Source: a virus
IMG/VR virus record: IMGVR_UViG_3300018080_008436
Location: 58,998 to 122,997 of that record
Strand: one strand, 5' to 3'
Length of the DNA stretch: 64,000 bases
The position numbers and the translations under genes were made by a program. Each line of letters starts with the position of its first letter. Position 1 is the first letter of the stretch. Shown here piece by piece: positions 60,635 to 64,000 of the stretch. The notes under the pieces are model-generated. The model searched no databases. It saw nothing but the letters and a program-made list of their open reading frames with translations, and had not been told where the DNA came from.

Positions 60635-60743
60635 TTTTTAGTTTCTCCTTTTTTAGTTTTTAGTTTGAAACATGGACATATTATACAGGGGGCACGGGAA
60701 AAACTTCAGTTCACAGAAAAATTTATAATTGCTGTGCCTAATC

Positions 60744-61601
60744 TTAGAAGATATCCTCCATGACCTCAATGGAGTCGTCTTTTTCGTCCACTATTGGTTC
60801 AACCTCTTCTGCGGAACCAATTCCTAATGTTTCTTGGATCTCAGATTGAGTCAACGGTTCTCTATCCTTAAGATATGAACCACATGGAGCACCACCTTCG
60901 AAGTAAAAACCTGAATAGAACAGTTCGCTGAATGTTAGTGTAATAAGTTGAGATGTCTTCTTAACTGATCTCAAAATCAAACCATCAAACTTTCCACTTT
61001 CAGTATCGAGATTCAACCCCTGAACGGTATATGTCTCGCCTTTACTGTCAAAGATTTTTGTGCTTATAGCACCGTTATCTTTCATTACATCTTTGTAGCT
61101 CATTGGTTCAAAACATTTGTCGGTAATCAAAAGACAGGCTTGTTGTATACTTTTCACTTCAATATCTTCATCAGTTGCGATATCAACTAACCGTATTTTG
61201 TTCGCCTCAATAATAATTGAACACTCAACTGGAATCCAAAGCTCAATATTGTCAATGGACTCTTGAGAAAGGGTAAGATTGGGGGCATTAGAAATCTGAG
61301 CTATAGAGACTTTGTAATCAAGTTGCTCCGCTTTCTGCAAACACAATGAGCATGTCGCAACAGAAGGATCTTCCGTATATCTTGATGGAGTGGTGTAACT
61401 TCCATTATAAGAAGAGTATTGCGTTGTATTAACAAATCCTCCGCAAAACTTATGCTTATACGAAGGGACTCCTGGGAAAATCTCTTTTAACTCTTCCCAC
61501 CTCGCTTTAGTTCTAATTGAGAGGTGAATATCTCCTGTCGCGTTTTTGTTGGTAACATGAGGATCGAAACGTACACCTTGTCTGGATACAGAGCTAGACA
61601 T
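60744..61601 (-). CDS. hypothetical protein
   Basis: 285-aa ORF. Confidence 0.4.
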   Translation of the reverse strand: MSSSVSRQGVRFDPHVTNKNATGDIHLSIRTKARWEELKEIFPGVPSYKHKFCGGFVNTTQYSSYNGSYTTPSRYTEDPSVATCSLCLQKAEQLDYKVSIAQISNAPNLTLSQESIDNIELWIPVECSIIIEANKIRLVDIATDEDIEVKSIQQACLLITDKCFEPMSYKDVMKDNGAISTKIFDSKGETYTVQGLNLDTESGKFDGLILRSVKKTSQLITLTFSELFYSGFYFEGGAPCGSYLKDREPLTQSEIQETLGIGSAEEVEPIVDEKDDSIEVMEDIF

Positions 61602-61641
61602 TGTATTGCTCCTTTATTAATATTCGTTGTAATAATTAGTG

Positions 61642-62277
61642 TTAGTCTTTCTTAACGAACTTCTTGATTTTCTTTTCCATTGGAAGTTCGACACTACCAG
61701 TAGTCATAAACCTTAGTCCCAAGTTTATCATAGCCAGGACAGTTGCGGGGAGATACATTGATGTTTGGGGGTCATCAGAAACAAAAACCCCTAGAATACA
61801 CCCAGCAGTGGCCAAGACATTTGAAATAACAGTCTTGGATTTATACCAAGGTTTCTTTCCTTCAGTGACCTCCTTGTCTGGATTATTGGCAAAGATCTCT
61901 TGCACATCTTCAACAATCTCAGGAAGGCTTTCAATAACATCTTCTGCGACTTCCATGAGATCCAAGCCATCTTCCGACTCTTCAGGTTTTATCTCAGGTT
62001 CTATTTCAGGTTCGGGTTCTGGTTCCTCTTGGAGGTTTTCACTCTCAATGGGACTCGTACTGGGACTCTCTTGTGGAACAGTTTCCTCAACTGGTCGATC
62101 AAAATACGGATTAACATCTTCTTTTTCCTCTTCTACAACGGTGCTTTGATCGATAAGGACTAAATCACCAGCTTTGAGTTTCTCTCTGAACTCATCAATG
62201 TCATCCAAAGAAGCAGGACCGACATTTTTTACCTCAAGCTGAACAGGTACATTATTAATTTTTACATCCAAATACAT
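61642..62277 (-). CDS. acidic protein with C-terminal membrane anchor
   Basis: A central PEPEPEIEPEIKPE acidic tract and a C-terminal transmembrane helix (VISNVLATAGCILGVFV). It is the last gene before the CRISPR array. Confidence 0.4.
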   Translation of the reverse strand: MYLDVKINNVPVQLEVKNVGPASLDDIDEFREKLKAGDLVLIDQSTVVEEEKEDVNPYFDRPVEETVPQESPSTSPIESENLQEEPEPEPEIEPEIKPEESEDGLDLMEVAEDVIESLPEIVEDVQEIFANNPDKEVTEGKKPWYKSKTVISNVLATAGCILGVFVSDDPQTSMYLPATVLAMINLGLRFMTTGSVELPMEKKIKKFVKKD

Positions 62278-62416
62278 GTCGCATTCGATTTAGGAAATAC
62301 CTAAATCTGCACCTATTGTTTAAGTTGCTATATATTTATTCAAGTTAAAAATCACTTTTTCCTTTTCCGTAGCTCGTCTAGGTTTATTATATCAGTCAGG
62401 TTGTCTGTCAGCGTCT

Positions 62417-64000
62417 GTCACATTTGGCTCAAGTTTTTCTTGAGCCTATACCCGTATCCAGCAGACGTTTGACGGGCAGGTCGAGTTGGTCACAATTAGC
62501 TCAAGTTTTTCTTGAGCCTATACCATATCAGAGAGCAAAAAAGAAGTTTGCTCAAGCCCTGTCACATTTGGCTCAAGTTTTTCTTGAGCCTGTACCTAAG
62601 AGAGCTTATCTGTTCCAACGATTCTTGTATAGTGTCACAATTAGCTCAAGTTTTTCTTGAGCCTGTACCACAGGATTCTAAGCCTCGTCACAATTAGCTC
62701 AAGTTTTTCTTGAGCCTGTACCTTGTTGAAACCGTCAGAAGCGGCGGGTTGGGAGAGAGTCACATTTAGCTCAAGTTTTTCTTGAGCCTGTACTAAGTCT
62801 GGGAACAGGGCAAAGAGCATGTTCTACACTCGTCACATTTGGCTCAAGTTTTTCTTGAGCCTGTACCATTTCTCTGCCTTGAATCGCTTCAGGTTGTCAC
62901 AATTAGCTCAAGTTTTTCTTGAGCCTGTACCGAAAGAAGCTCTGGTAATTCAGATAATCCAGGTCTTGTCACAACTGGCTCAAGTTTTTCTTGAGCCTGT
63001 ACCGAATTCTGGGTTCAGGGAGACCCACGTCGGATCATGTCACAACTGGCTCAAGTTTTTCTTGAGCCTGTACCATTTCTCTGCCTTGAATCGCTTCAAG
63101 TTGTCACAATTAGCTCAAGTTTTTCTTGAGCCTGTACCTTAGAAACCTTGTTACTACTGATGAGGTCACATTTAGCTCAAGTTTTTCTTGAGCCTGTACC
63201 AGTTGATGGCCGCTAACCTGTGGAGCCTTGGCCTGCGTCACATTTGGCTCAAGTTTTTCTTGAACCTGTACCATTCGAAATCCATTCCGTCAACCAGATT
63301 GCTCAGGGGTTACAATTAGCTCAAGTTTTTCTTGAGCCTGTACCTTACAGTCTAAAAACGCTTCCAGAATTGGCGGCAGGTCACATTTGGCTCAAGTTTT
63401 TCTTGAGCCTGTACCTCAATGAAAACGATTGGGTATTGCAGAGTCTCACTTTGTCACAACTGGCTCAAGTTTTTCTTGAGCCTGTACCGTGCAAACGCAT
63501 TAGTTTGAGCAGGTCTTGCCAGCAGTCACAACTGGCTCAAGTTTTTCTTGAGCCTGTACCAGATTTCATAACGGGGTTGATGTCACAATTAGCTCAAGTT
63601 TTTCTTGAGCCTGTACCAGGAGTAAGGATCAGTTCTGTTACACCTACCTTCTTGTCACAATTAGCTCAAGTTTTTCTTGAGCCTGTACCAGAAGTAATCG
63701 AAATGATTGACTGGAGAGCATTCCTCGTCACAATTAGCTCAAGTTTTTCTTGAGCCTGTACCACCTGCATTGCGCTCGACTGCAAGTTGTCAGGCGTCAC
63801 AATTAGCTCAAGTTTTTCTTGAGCCTGTACCATTCCCTGTCGGAGGCTGAGAAGTGGGATTTGATCATGTCACATTTGGCTCAAGTTTTTCTTGAGCCTG
63901 TACCAGAATACGTGAGGGGAGAACGATTTGCAGATATCCATGTCACATTTGGCTCAAGTTTTTCTTGAGCCTGTACCATTCCCTGTCGGAGGCTGAGAAG
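62417..64000. CRISPR. CRISPR array of at least 22 repeats, running off the window edge
   Basis: The 36-bp repeat GTCACA[AT][TC]T[AG]GCTCAAGTTTTTCTTGAGCCTGTACC has an internal 8-bp palindrome GGCTCAAG/CTTGAGCC. Repeats start at 62417, 62489, 62561, 62634, 62687, 62759, 62832, 62896, 62968, 63039, 63103, 63165, 63237, 63309, 63380 and onward. Spacers are 17-37 bp, mostly 35-37. The two repeats nearest 62417 carry CCTATACC instead of CCTGTACC. An AT-rich flank lies at 62280-62416. Confidence 0.9.

Noticed and set aside
62424-63753. Plus-strand ORFs of 61-177 aa inside the CRISPR region (62424..62660, 62512..62697, 62819..63142, 63220..63753).
   Set aside because: Their translations are dominated by the repeated peptide LAQVFLEPVP, which is simply the CRISPR repeat read in frame. 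They are artefacts of the array.
1-64000. A eukaryotic giant virus (chlorovirus-like) origin, suggested by GMD + GDP-fucose synthase + PARP.
   Set aside because: The window contains bacterial-type IF-1, PDF, sigma-70 factors, rIIA/rIIB, tRNAs with encoded CCA, a CRISPR array, and operon-like overlapping genes. These fit a bacteriophage.

Overview
This window is a gene-dense, AT-rich (~40% GC) stretch of a large T4-related bacteriophage genome, with almost every gene on the minus strand. I recognised the following groups.

T4 core homologues: rIIA (GHKL ATPase), rIIB, and an Rnl2-type RNA ligase.

Translation-associated genes: IF-1, a peptide deformylase with a SEC-C tail, a PTH2-type peptidyl-tRNA hydrolase, and YidD.

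Nucleotide and NAD+ genes: ThyX, a HAD 5'(3')-deoxyribonucleotidase, a nucleoside hydrolase, an XGPRT-like phosphoribosyltransferase, and NAD+ synthetase NadE.

Nucleotide-sugar and sulfation genes: GDP-mannose 4,6-dehydratase, GDP-fucose synthase, UDP-xylose synthase, and an APS kinase (one of the few plus-strand genes).

Other recognisable genes: two tandem sigma-70-family factors beside an M50 site-2 protease and an S49 peptidase; a WGR + PARP-catalytic-domain protein; an SPFH/flotillin-like protein beside two proteins with type IV-pilin-like N-termini; an uncharacterised 1300-aa ORF; HNH and HTH proteins; and a run of tiny Cys-rich proteins.

A minus-strand tRNA cluster (about 19.3-21.0 kb) holds canonical tRNAs (for example Gly-UCC) together with irregular tRNA-like elements. 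A separate tRNA-Pro(UGG) sits at 50.8 kb.

The window ends inside a CRISPR array of at least 22 repeats (36-bp repeats, 17-37-bp spacers) with no recognisable cas gene in view. This array is the most unusual element for a T4-like phage.
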